From the NCBI GenBank assembly GCA_973895155.1, contig OZ316895.1:22890558-22954557 (forward strand): 64,000 bases of DNA, read 5' to 3'. Under the pieces are notes generated by a model. It searched no databases and was not told where the DNA came from. It saw nothing but the letters and a program-made list of their open reading frames with translations. Position 1 is the first letter of the stretch. Every line of letters begins with the position of its first letter. Position numbers and translations under genes: made by a program. Below, piece after piece: positions 42,204 to 54,300 of the stretch. This stretch comes from Marsupella aquatica (taxonomy: Eukaryota > Plantae > Marchantiophyta).

Positions 42204-42962
42204 TAAAGGACTCCACGATCAAATCTGCGACTGGGCTCCGCTTTGGATCTGATCTGAGACGGCAGATTCACACGAACTGAAAACTGAAGACGGATGGAAG
42301 AAAAATTCCTCCTGTCATCACTGTGAAATGAAATGAAGCGCAGAAAACGCAGAAAACGCAGGAAACGCAGAAAACGCGATGCAGGACCCGCAAACTCTAC
42401 ATCCGCCACATTTGCTGCACCATCGCTCCACCTTCAGAATTCGTTCACTTGACAGAGCCTTCGCTTACTGTACTCAACCGAGAGCTTTGGCGACACTCAG
42501 AAGAGCTTTGGCGAAACTCGGAAGGGCATTGGCGAAACTCGCAAGAGCTTTGGGGACACTCGCAGATCTTTTGGGGTCAGTACACTTTAATAGGGGGTCT
42601 CAAAGGTTAATAGTTAGGGACTACGGCCTTTGGCCAGAGCTTGACAAAGCGTTAAATGTTTTGTTTTTTTTCCCACTACTAGCCTTCCCACTAGCCCCAT
42701 GACCCTTGAACTTAAATAGATATAAATAAGAATATTGCACAATAAAATTTATACGTTATTTTGGTTAGTCTTTGCCCTATCCCTGTTTTTTGTCCATCCT
42801 TATTTCATTTTTATCTTTATTTAGAGTCCATGTCACTTTTGTCCATACTCATTTAAAATTTTGACTTTATTGAACCTCGGATTGACAGTTACAGTCGAAA
42901 GGCTTCACTCTAGACCTAGGCACTTAAGACCAGTTGTCGCTTTTATAATAAAATAGAGATAT

Positions 42963-44807
42963 TGTTGGGAACTGGAGAAAATTGAACTCAAGCACTTGCC
43001 TCTAAGAGACATGAGTTCTATTGCTTATGATTCTTTCTTACAACTTACATTAGGATCATAATGCCAAAATTCAAACACAACGCCACAAGTACAAAAAACT
43101 GAGAATTGTCGTATAGCCAAAAGAACAAAAAGGAACACTTTTTACATAAAGACTCGGAATACGATCCCTTTAAGAACAGATTTGGAAAGAATTGAATGAA
43201 TTTATCTCTCTGAGTAATCTAAAGCTCTCAGCACATAGATTTCTTGTTTCTCACTAAAAGATCAAATAAACAAAACACCAAAGTAAATAAACTTCTGTCT
43301 TATGAGTCAAGAGAGAGTCAATTATGGTCTGAAAACTCTGATTAGCTATTGCCACTCCTTCAAAAAGGACTATGGTCTTAGAATAGACATAAAACAAGTC
43401 TCATAACTCACTAATTTCTCTCCTGACTAAATAAAATTGCATGATAAGGAATTTCCAATTTGCTAAACAAGTATTGCTCTGGTTACAAATGTAATGATAT
43501 GACTTAAGATGCCGGCAACATGGTTTGACATCAGCGATACGCAATTCCGTCAAACACTAAATCATATTCCATAAACAAAGTAACGGTACTGAATACTCTG
43601 AGAACCAAACTTTACTTCTCACATATCAAACAACAACTCTTGAATTAGCTAGCGAATCTTGACCCTTCAAGCAAGCCTAGCAGTGAATTCAATGTAAGTC
43701 ACAGAAGTTTGTAACTGAATTCAAGTATCAAGAAATTTCTTGAATTCATAAATTCAAACATAAGTTTTACTTCCATACAAGACTTTTCTTGTTAAAATGG
43801 AAGGAGGGAAACTAACAGAAGTCTGATTGGAATTGTCCCCCCTTCTTCCGAATGGAAAAACCATGAGGTTTTATAAGTAAAGGTTCCCTTAACTGAAAAG
43901 GCATGACTTTTCAAACCTCAAATATCTAAAAGACAATCCTAAAAGAAATAAAGAAATGCATTGGAGACTTAGTGGACGCTTTGTAGAGCGTCGGTGCTTT
44001 CCGGTAAAACTAATAAACAGTGGTGTTAGTCTAATTTTAACTTCTAAACTAAAAGTCGGAATGAGCTGAGACTTTTCTAGAGTACTCTACTACATATAAT
44101 CTCTATGCTGGTAAAGTTTCAGACTTTTCTGAGGTCTCTAAGTGCCTCAAATAAATCGGTGAAAGTGGCACGGTGTTATAAAAGTGCGAAAACTGAAAAA
44201 TTTTCTAAGTGTCGGGAACATAGTGGACGCTTCAGAAAGCGTCCAAACCTACAAAGGACTTTTGTGGACGCTTCAGAAAGCGTCGGCTGAATTTCGAGGT
44301 TTGGTCGCAGCGTCCGTCTTCTGGCCTTCAGGTGGGACGCTTCAGAAAGCGGCGAAGTCTGTCTTGGCGGACGCTTCAGAAAGCGTCGATTCTGCTTTGT
44401 CTTTGAACACGGTCGGACGCTTCAGAAGGCGTCACTTCTCATGTGGACGCTTCAAAAAGCGTCTCATCGGACTTTGGGGTTAGCGGACGCTTCAGAAAGC
44501 GTCTTAAAGCGTCCGGTGTCTGGTTCGAATAGACGTTTCACGAAGCGTCTTCTGTTCCGTGGTATCGGTGAAGGACGGCTCAAAAAGCATCGTGGTTAAG
44601 GGGGTCGCATCTGGTTGGCAGCACACATGGACGCCTCAGCTGTCTTGAGGTTTATTGGCTTTGTAACTGGGGACGCTTCAGAAAGCGTCCTTAGTTAGAC
44701 TGAAGTGAGTTAACCGCCAAATGGAAAGTAGACGCTTCAGAAAGCGTCGTTTTTGCTCAAAAAGTTTGAAACGATTCAGATTTTTCTCTTATGGTCGTGT
44801 TTCAGCA
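42963..44807 (-). mobile_element. Large LTR-like segment (about 1.85 kb), probable solo or 3' LTR
   Basis: Begins TGTTGGGAAC and ends GTGTTTCAGCA (TG...CA). A purine tract (GGAAAGGAGA, minus strand) lies just outside the right end. AT-rich half plus repeat-rich half as in large LTRs. No matching TSD. Confidence 0.45.
43975..44748. repeat. Dispersed array of an 18-bp imperfect palindrome GACGCTT-CAGA-AAGCGTC, about 12 copies with unique spacers
   Basis: Copies start at 43975, 44226, 44267, 44336, 44370, 44416, 44446, 44486, 44532, 44574, (44630 partial), 44672 and 44731. Confidence 0.92.
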
Positions 44808-46233
44808 AAAGTCTCCTTTCCACAAGAATCCAAACTTGAACATAATGCCCCCAGCACTATACTGGAATAGAGGGCCCCATGGCCCACTATATGAATAGAG
44901 CGCTATGGCATAGTGTTTGGGGGAAGACCTTAGCCTCTTCATGGTTAGGGATGATGTCTCTAATTTGGCCTTACCAAATGGCCATAGCTTTTTCTTGTAG
45001 TCATATGAAAGTAATTTCTTTTTCACTAGCCTCTAGAGTGACTTATGGCCATGACATGTGACCAATATCTATGACAAAAAGTTATGGATCATGAATTTGG
45101 CAACCCATATAATCTTTTGAATGCCTAGAATGTTAACTACTAAGTTAAGGTCCATCAAATTTTGAGGTTTGAGAGCCCCTCATAAACAGAACAGGTATGA
45201 TACCCTTGCTGCCTGCAAACTCCAGGAGGGACAAGTACATAGCGTCAAAATTATTATTTTTTGAAATTAAATGCAGATTGAAATTTTGAGTGACCCTTGG
45301 CAAAATTTAAGTTAAGCCCCCATGGACTTAAAAGATTCACAAAATGCCTGGATGGACTGCAAAGAAACTTTTTTTTGTAAACAAATCCATACTTTTCTGG
45401 TCAGAATTAGCATGATTGGTTTATCCTCTTTGCAAGGTATGCTTGTGATTGTCCATATGGACACATATTGGGTGACTGCAGGAAACACAGAGTGTCATGG
45501 TGATATAACATATGTGATGAGACATAATATTTGGATGTGATGCTTCAGCAGGGGGCTACAAGCTGTGGTTTGCCTTCGTACTATATGTGATAATGTATAA
45601 TTTTTTAATGTGAGTATTACTCCACAACATATATGGCAAACAGAAACATTAAAATGAATAGATAAGAGTCCCTTTTTCACTTAGCTTTGTTGGGTCTACT
45701 ATGACTCAATTTAGGTAGAAAAATAACCTTTGATGGACCACGTAAGCAACTCACAAATAGAACTAAATGGACCATGTCATCTGAGCACACGGCCCATCCT
45801 GGTTACAAATGTAAATCATAGTCCATGTTGTTCACTTTCAAACACGGTTCATGGGTAAAATTACTAGCAGGAAGGATTTTACTGGCAAAATTTGCCAAAG
45901 GAATACTTGGTGAGACTTGCTGAAAATGATGCAAAGAAATATCTTAAAAGGTCTTGCATTTAATTATGCCAAGATCTGATGGTCCAGATTTGACAGTATA
46001 AGAGGTATGAATGTGTAGGTATGATTAATAAGAAACCATTTCTAGGTACTTTGACACTAATGTTCAAGTTGACAACAGTGTCATAATTCATTTTGTATTT
46101 ACAAATATGCCACTATTTCACATATAGCCCGGGGAACTATATGCAAAAACCACGACATATTTGTAAGTACAATAAAACAGTGTCAACTATTGTAAATTCC
46201 AACATCTTTATTTAATGGAAACGTACTTAGGTA

Positions 46234-46913
46234 CCTCCTGCAAAGACACATGTAATGCATTTGCTATTCGCAATGGCCCCTGATGACTAAAAAACACCCT
46301 AACCTGTACCAAAAATAAACAAGACACTGGTTTAATTATAAGTGGTAAAACCTTCCAATATCTGTCCGGATAACATTGAGGCTTCCTCCTTTCCTGAAGC
46401 ATGAATATGAATATGATATGAATGATTGGATAAACTATGAAAGATCTCATGAATCTGGTCAAGGTGAGGATGTGAGATAGTCACCTGTCCCCATACTTGT
46501 CAAAACCTTTTTCACCCCACTGTGATAGTCACAGTGGGATAAAGCATCCCTTTTACACCCAAGAAAATGTGCCCCTTGACACACAAAAAACATTGGAGAA
46601 AAAATATATTTGATCCTAGTTTTTGGGCAAACGTGATAGTCTCCTTGCAGTATTATGTTTGAGAGCCTTCACTTCACTTGGGTCTTTGTGGGAGAGTGGT
46701 TGTCTTGCTAGAATTCACAGAGAGAGATTCAGAAACAGTGTGGTCCATCCCAACATGAACTGCAAGCCCAGTAACATCCCGTGCCATGACTTTCAAGGTC
46801 CCCTCCCATCACCAGAAATGTTTTTCTTCCTTGGAGTGATTATTGTTTGATGTCCATTGCGTAAGAAAGCAATCCAACCCTGTCCTTTTGCAATCTTGAC
46901 TTTTCATACTCAG
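46234..46913 (-). pseudogene. Decayed multi-exon gene of unknown function
   Basis: AG/GT-bounded exon 46913-46485 keeps one frame (EYEKSRLQKDRVGLL...GCYWACSSCWDGPHCF...) broken by four stops compatible with C>T. Further small AG/GT-bounded exons lie near 46393-46353 and 46303-46235. Confidence 0.45.
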
Positions 46914-48061
46914 CTAAAATAAGGACTTGCATATATGCATGACACCCTATTACTATTCAGGTCCAATTGTTACTCATCCAACTGGTCATTAATTTACACA
47001 TACAACATTCATAAGTTTATAAGTTGCCAGTAGGCTTCAGAAGTTTCATATGTATTCAGTGCTTCAAATGCTTCATAAGATGTGGATGCTCTTATTCTGC
47101 ATAGATACTGTGGTTACTAAAAAATACAGATTCAGGAATCAATTTTGTTCCACCCTTCACACAACGTATAGACTAGATACAGTCAAAGAAAATCAGTGTA
47201 CATTGTTCTCATGATACATAGTGACTAGATTTTGGGCCAATGCTATGTACTGACTGGTTGAATTTAATCAAACCAGTGGCCGGGATGGAGGATGGTAGTA
47301 CTTTGTTGTTGACTCCACATCAGCATTCAGTGCGATTGGCAATATCGATGCACATTAATGCATTGACATTGCCCTGGTTACAGTGGAACATATGTCTTGA
47401 CGTGTAAATAGTGTATCGGGCAGTTTCACTCCCATTTGGGCAGACTGCCCCTCTCGGACCATTGCCCCGAAAGCCCTATCCCTGAGGGAAGCGCCGGGCT
47501 GCCCCTATCGCCCAGCCCCTAACCCGCGCGATCAGTCCCGGGCCCACTGCCGCCCGACCTCCTTAATTCAGCCTCTCGGGTCATCATCGACCTGCGAAGC
47601 AGCCTCCTAAATTAGCCCTCAATACCCCACTTATACCCGTATCAGGGATGAGTAAACTTGATGGATCATACCTACGTTTCTGGAGGTTTGCATCTGGGCC
47701 TGTGCACATGATCCCATTTGGTACTCAATATTCATGTCATTGTTCAGGCACATTTCATTCCCGCCTAATGCAGTTTCCACAACCTACTATGCAAACTGAA
47801 CATTTCTTACGCTGAATGCCAACATTCCACAGTGAAGCGCATCCGCATCCGGAGAGTGTGTCCTCTAGACCCTGGCCTTTTCTATTCTTAGTAAAAAATA
47901 TGTTTAGGTATTGCGTTCATGAAAGTTAAAGCTATAATCATTTAGTGTCGTCTTCTGTATGCAGGCTTACACACTTCTTTTGTTGTTGTTGCACAGTCTA
48001 CTTTGTCGCCTGTCCATCTCATAGGAGTGCAGCAGCACAACATTTGTAGACGGTAAGACAT

Positions 48062-48850
48062 ATGTCAACCACAACCCTCTTCGATGTACAAAGTGCTATG
48101 ATGAAAGAGGAAACGGGTTTTTTGGGACCCTGTAGTGTAGTGGCAGTAAATTTCATCGCCTCCAACCCTTTCCCAAAGAAATTTGTCTATTGGGGCTGTA
48201 CAGAGGTCATTCAACGAGGTATGTGTAAAATTTCAATCGAAGGTCCCAAAGATAAGCATGATGCCATACAGAATGGCACGTACACTAGATTCTTTCGGTT
48301 TGAGGTGTTGTTTACGGATGGTAGTTTGCATACAAATTATGGCAAGCTTGCACTGCAAGCTACCATTTCGGACGCCACTAGAGAGTTAGTGGGCCTCTCT
48401 GCTAGTGTGTTAGCCTGTATGGAGCCAATTGATTAGTTCCATGCCATCCATGATTCAGTGAAGCATGCCCCGCTCTACGATGTGGTGTTTTGAATCAATC
48501 ACGGAATTCTATATGTCCACAAGTTGGATATTATTGCAGCAAACAACACGTAGCCACAGTCTCACTTGTGGACACAAACTTGAACCCCTGGGCGGCTTGC
48601 GCGGCAGGGATTGCGAGTGGCACACTCACCGCATCCTATACGTACAATTCATCCCCCACATCCGCAATTCAACGTGGTTCCAACATTTTTTGCAAGTGTA
48701 GACTCTTCACCCACACGGCCAACAATGCGGCAAACACCACCTACAAACCAGATGCAGTCACCAATCATAAACTCACAGCCATCCTCCTCATACAGCATAG
48801 CCAAGTCAAAGGTGGTACAGGGGGATGACGAAGATGACTCAAGAAAGTAG
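48062..48850 (+). pseudogene. RPA70 C-terminal (DBD-C)-like OB-fold pseudogene
   Basis: Single frame from ATG 48062 to TAG 48850 with internal stops TAG 48434, TGA 48491, TAG 48551 and TGA 48581. The pattern FVYWGC...C...RFFRFEVLFTDGS...ATISDATRELVGLSASVL resembles RPA1 DBD-C (Y.AC..C...RY.L...V.D.TG...T.F....LLG.SA..L). Low-complexity S/P/T tail. Confidence 0.55.
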
Positions 48851-50790
48851 GGCTACATTGGTTCCCTTGTGAGACGCTTAGCATAAGTTTTGAATTCATC
48901 ATTGGATGCCTACTCTAGACGGAGTCAATAGTCATACAATAAGTGTAGCGTGATTGGCTGGCATACTCGAATATAATTGTAGTAGCAGTTCATTTTTGAA
49001 CCAGATGTGAACTAGATGCCAACAATTAATATATAATTATTGTTTGTTTTCTCGGCAATGAAGTTGGACTACCAGGCAGACTATGTATGAGATTGTACTC
49101 ACGCTATTTTTGGGCTTTTGGAAATATCCACATGTGTCTCCATCTCATTCAGCCTGGCCTACTTGTCAGCTCATTCACTGTTGCTTTGTTTCAATGAAAT
49201 TTTATTGTGCTTGTATAGATGTTAGCTTCCCAATTTCATTTGCATGTGGGCTTGTATGGCACCGTTATGACTATACGTCAAGTTGAATCAACACTGGCAG
49301 GCGGTCAATAATTTAGCAAAATTGCCAAATGTAGCATTACCTTGCCACAGTTGACTTCCCGAATGTTTCCATCATATGAATTGTATTCCAATGATTGTAT
49401 GAATAACAAGGTACAGAGCAAGTAATGTTTTCACTAAGTGTGGCATATGATTGATTCCACTATTCAACCTGCAGGTGTCAGGACTCAATGAGCCCGCGGA
49501 CAAAAAGCCAGGTACTTATCATTTTTCACCATTTTTTTTTAAAACATTTTTTACTTTACTCTCTACTTTACATGACTACAATTCGGTTTTTTCACATAGT
49601 TGAAAGTGACTAATTTTCCGCTGTTCTCAAGCGTCAAAAAATAGGCAATCTATGTGGAACAATCACCAACAGCCTGCTATAGTCATGTTAGATTCCACTC
49701 TGGTCCTAGTGGTGGCTTTGCCAGCACCACTTGCCGCTACGAATGGTCCAAGTCCTCCATTGTCTGTTGTTGCAGAAGGCATGATTCCAGTGTTGGCTTC
49801 AGCGCGTCCACTTGCCCCCAAGCATGCATCATGTCAGCCCACGGCCTCAGTGCTCAACCAGCACAATGTATTGGTTACTGAGGCCCTTACCAGTGACGAT
49901 GAAGAAACCCAGGTTGTTACAGTGACACTTGCATCGTCATCCAATTTGCCCCGCCCAAGAAGTGCAAAGAAGAGGAGTTTAGGGGTTGATACCCATGTTC
50001 AACCAACACGGTTTACTCCCCGAAGAGCAAAGGTTGGGGTCCAATATAGGGAGCAGCCCAGATGTGCGACAAGAAGCACGAAGGATCCTGTCCAATATAC
50101 CCCGCAATATACAAAGCGTCAGGTTTCCAACACCACATCCACGAATGACAAAGGACCTCAAATACATCCACCGTCTCCAAAGGGGAATTACAACCCGAAG
50201 GCTGCACATTTGCAGAACTCTGTGCCCACTGCAAAGCAATAAGATTGCATGTGATTTCTGATCCAACTTGTTGCATTACATGTTGCGCATTGCAATGAAC
50301 AAATTTATGAATGTGAATCCTCATCAAGAGTCAGACGTGACTTGCCGAGCTAAAGAGGGGGTCCATTTCTCCCAATACGGCAATGGAGCTATGTGCAAGA
50401 TGCTACCTTGCAAAAATCTTGCCTTCAAAAACCTGTGGACATATGGCTACCATGTATACAAAAAGTACGGCTCATTAGTGATGGAACCCCGAGATCATTG
50501 TATACAAAAGATCCACTTGCACAACACCAGTGTGAGATGACGAATGCTACATGCCGAAAATAGCCAGGTACGTGGTGAAGCATCAACCAATGTTGCCAAT
50601 GCAGTGGGGTCACTACGACAGCAGTGGAGCATGGCTAAAAGGCGAATGAAGTGAGTCCATTGTTTCGTTAATGAAATTGGTACCTGGTATTATTTCATTT
50701 TTCATTGTCTGCCTCACTTGCTTATTGTTGAAATGAGAATGGTGCAGGGCAGCGACTCACACCAGGTTTGTCACACAATTTGAAGAAAAC

Positions 50791-51157
50791 TGTTGAGCAT
50801 AGATGACGATCGCAACGGCAAGCCCATGAACCATCCAACGCACAATAGTCGACACAAGAGATACGTGGTTCACCTCCTTGAGGCTACGTCCACGGGAACA
50901 CACAAGAGAGCTTTACTGAACTCTAAGCCCGTCGGCTATACCGAGTCTCCACAGTGTAAGCTCTCCCTATCTCTCAAGTGGCTCCATAACAATGAGCCTT
51001 GGTTCTACCTCTCCAAGCACACATGCCTCTTATGATATAGTGTGCAACTTAGTTGTACCTAACCACATAGTTGTACCTAACCACATAGTTGTACCTAATC
51101 ACGTTGTTGTACCAACCACGTCATACCTAACCTAGACGTAAGAGTAAATACCCAACA
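50791..51157 (-). repeat. 3' LTR of copia element (367 bp)
   Basis: TGTTGAGCAT...TACCCAACA, adjacent to PPT (minus strand AAGGGGAAGAT, 51158-51168). Confidence 0.95.
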
Positions 51158-51348
51158 ATCTTCCCCTTGACTCTGGTCTAGGGGAGAGTAATACTGCCAA
51201 TGTATATGATCCCTCAGCGGGAAGTTCTGGACAAAAACCAAACCGGTTTCCCTCTCTAACTAGAGCAAACCAGAACTAAGCCGTAGCCTAATACATAGGA
51301 ATGAGGAAGAGCATATATCAGTAATTATAATGAATGTTTAAGAAAACT

Positions 51349-54300
51349 CTACTTGTGATGCAATTGCAAAACCTGTAATACGTCACGGTGTCTAGAGAAA
51401 CTCTCCAAAGGAATCACTTTGGTAAATGCGTCAGCCGGGTTGAGTTTATCATCAATCTTGACTAGCTCAAACAAATTATCAGACACAGCCTGCCTGATAA
51501 AATGGTACCTGACGTCAATGTGCTTCACTCTGCTGTCCATCACCTGGTTCACAGCAAGGTGGAGCGCACTTTGACTATCACAATGGAGCTTCACATTCCC
51601 CTGTGGCAATCCCATTTCAGTGATAAGTCTATCCAACCAAATCGCTTCCTTTGCTGCTTCCGCAGCTGCAACATACTCCGCTTCTGTAGTAGACTGAGCA
51701 ATACACTTCTGCAAAGTAGACCTCCAACTTATGCATCCACCGCCAAGTGTGAACACGTATCCTGTTGTTGATCTCCTTCAGTCCAAATCTTGTCCATAGT
51801 CAGAATCTACATAGCCAATCAATGATCTAGCATTCTTTGCATTCGCATCAAATAAAAGACCATGATCCACGGTACCCTTCAAGTACCTGATAATCCACTT
51901 CACTGCTTCCCAGTGTACCTTCCCTGGATTCGACATGTACCTGCTCACCTTGCCCATAGCCATGGCAAGATCAGGTCTAGTGCAAGTCATCAAATACATG
52001 AGACTCCCCACTGCCTTGTCATATGGAACCTTTGACATCAACCCCTTCTCTGTGTCATCCGTAGGACAGAACGCTGATGATAACTTGAAGTGTGGAGCCA
52101 ACGGGGTACTTACTGGCTTGCTATTCTCCATGTTGAACCTTGCAATTACCTTCTGCGTCAACCATAGCTTGCCAGCCTCCAAGTCCCTAGTGATCTCCAT
52201 ACCCAAAATCCTCTTAGCTGGCCCTAAGTCCTTCATCTTAAACTCTGCACTAAGCAGTGCCTTGAGCTTAACAATCTCAGACCTATCCTTGGCTGCAATT
52301 AGCATGTCATCCACATAAAGTACTAAAACAATGAACCCAAAGACAACATTCTTCACCGGTTTCAAATACACACAAGGGTCAAATACACTTCTGTGAAAAC
52401 CTTGTGACCGAATCCAATCGTCAAACCGCTTGTTCCACTGTCTTGGTGACTGCTTCAACCCATACAAGGATTTCAGCAATCTGCAAACCAATTCCTCCTG
52501 TCCTCTCTTCACAAAACCTAGCGGTTGTCTCATGAAGATCACCTCTTCCAATGTGCCATAGAGGAAAGCTGTGACAACATCCATCTGATCTAGCAGCAGA
52601 CCAAACATTACAACAAGTACACACAATAGTCGTATTGTAGAGTACTTAGCAACTGGTGAGAAGACCTCATTGTAATCCACACCTTTCTCTTGTGTGAATC
52701 CCTTTGCTACCAATCTAGCCTTGTAGACCTTCGATCCACCTCCTATGGAATTATCCTTCAGCTTGTAAATCCACTTGCTGTCCACCACTTGCTGACCCTT
52801 AGGCAGCTTAACAAGCTCCCAAGTTTTGTTGTCCTTTAGTGACTGCATCTCCGTTTGCATTGCTGCAGTCCACTTCTGCTTCTCCTTTGAAGCACTTGCC
52901 TCATGAAATGAAGAAGGTTCTCCTTCTTCCAAAATTAACGCATCACCCTCATCATCAGCTGTAAAATCATCCTCTTGTAGTTGAGATGAATCAACCCACT
53001 GTCCATACCTTGATGGAGCGCGTACAGTGCGACCAGATGTTCTTCTAGCCGATAACTCCGGTTGATCTGCGTGTGCTGGTATAATTTGAAGCTCAACAGC
53101 ATCCACTTGCTGCTCACCAGCATCAACAAACTCCTCTGGTTCCTCTGGCACAGGAACCAGCTCCATAATTGGAGCAACTCCTTCTCTCCGGTCATGCACC
53201 TCATAACCAATCTCCCCCTCAATGAGATCCGGGATAGGAGATTTTCCTTTGTCAGTACGGGAGACCTGAGTATTCTCCCCCTCCTTCAATAATCTGGATT
53301 CATTGAAGGAAACATCCCTACTGACAACGAGCTTACAGGCAATAGGATCCCATAGCCTATAGGCTTTCACACCACTCTGGTACCCAAGAAAAACACATTT
53401 CCTGGAGGTAGGATCCAACTTGGTCCTATTCTTCTTTGGTGTGAGAGCATATGCATCACTTCCAAAAATTACCAAGCCATGATAGTCTGCTTGCCGCTTA
53501 TAGCGCATCTCAAACGGCGTTTTGAAATTGATAGCACTAGAAGGAGAAAGATTTACCAAATAAGCTGCGGTATTGACAGCTTCTGCCCAAAATTCTTGTG
53601 GTAAACCTGATTGGCTCAACATACTCCGTGACCGCTCCAACAGTGTCCGATTGAGCCTCTCAGCGACACCATTCTGCTGCGGAGTATAAATTGTAGTGAG
53701 ATGGCGAGTTATCCCCTGTTCTGAATAGTACTCTTCAAATTCCATTGAAGTGTACTCCCCGCCGTTGTCTGACCTCAGACTCTTCACCCTTGTATCCAAA
53801 CACTTGATCGTGTTTCCAGTCTGATTCTCCACCTGGGCCTTCCACTTCTTAAAAATGGACAAGACATCAGACTTATGCGTCATGAAATAAATCCACACAA
53901 ATCTTGAGTAATCATCAATAAATGATACATAGTACAACTTTCCAGAGTGTGAGGGAGTCGGGGATGGACCCCACACGTCACTATGTATGTACTCAAGAAC
54001 CGCTTTGGAACGATGAGTTCCAACACCAAAAGCACGACGATGCTGCTTTCCAAGAATGCAATGCTCACAAAACTCTAATTTACAAGATTGCAAATCAGAA
54101 ATGAGTCCATTCTTCCGTAAGATAGCCAAACCCTTCTCACTCATGTGGCCTAGCCGTGAATGCCACAGTTGAGTCATCTCCTCGTGAGACTTGGTTACAT
54201 TGGCCTCTCCACATACAGTATTGCCCTGTAACACATACAAATTCTTTTGTCTACTCCCCTTCAAAATCACTGTCTCTCCCGACCTGACTTGAAGTTCACC

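Noticed and set aside
42203-42409. uORF whose stop overlaps the TML start (TAATG)
   Set aside because: It starts at GTG with no in-frame ATG, and the RFL repeat comes from a 9-bp tandem repeat.
44226-44748. CRISPR array
   Set aside because: Repeats are only 18 bp, spacers are irregular (12-51 bp), there are no cas genes or leader, and the context is a eukaryotic LTR-like segment.
50793-51035. Duplicated 80-aa ORF (also 56796-57041)
   Set aside because: Antisense ORF inside the two LTRs with a non-ATG start; the duplication is explained by LTR structure.
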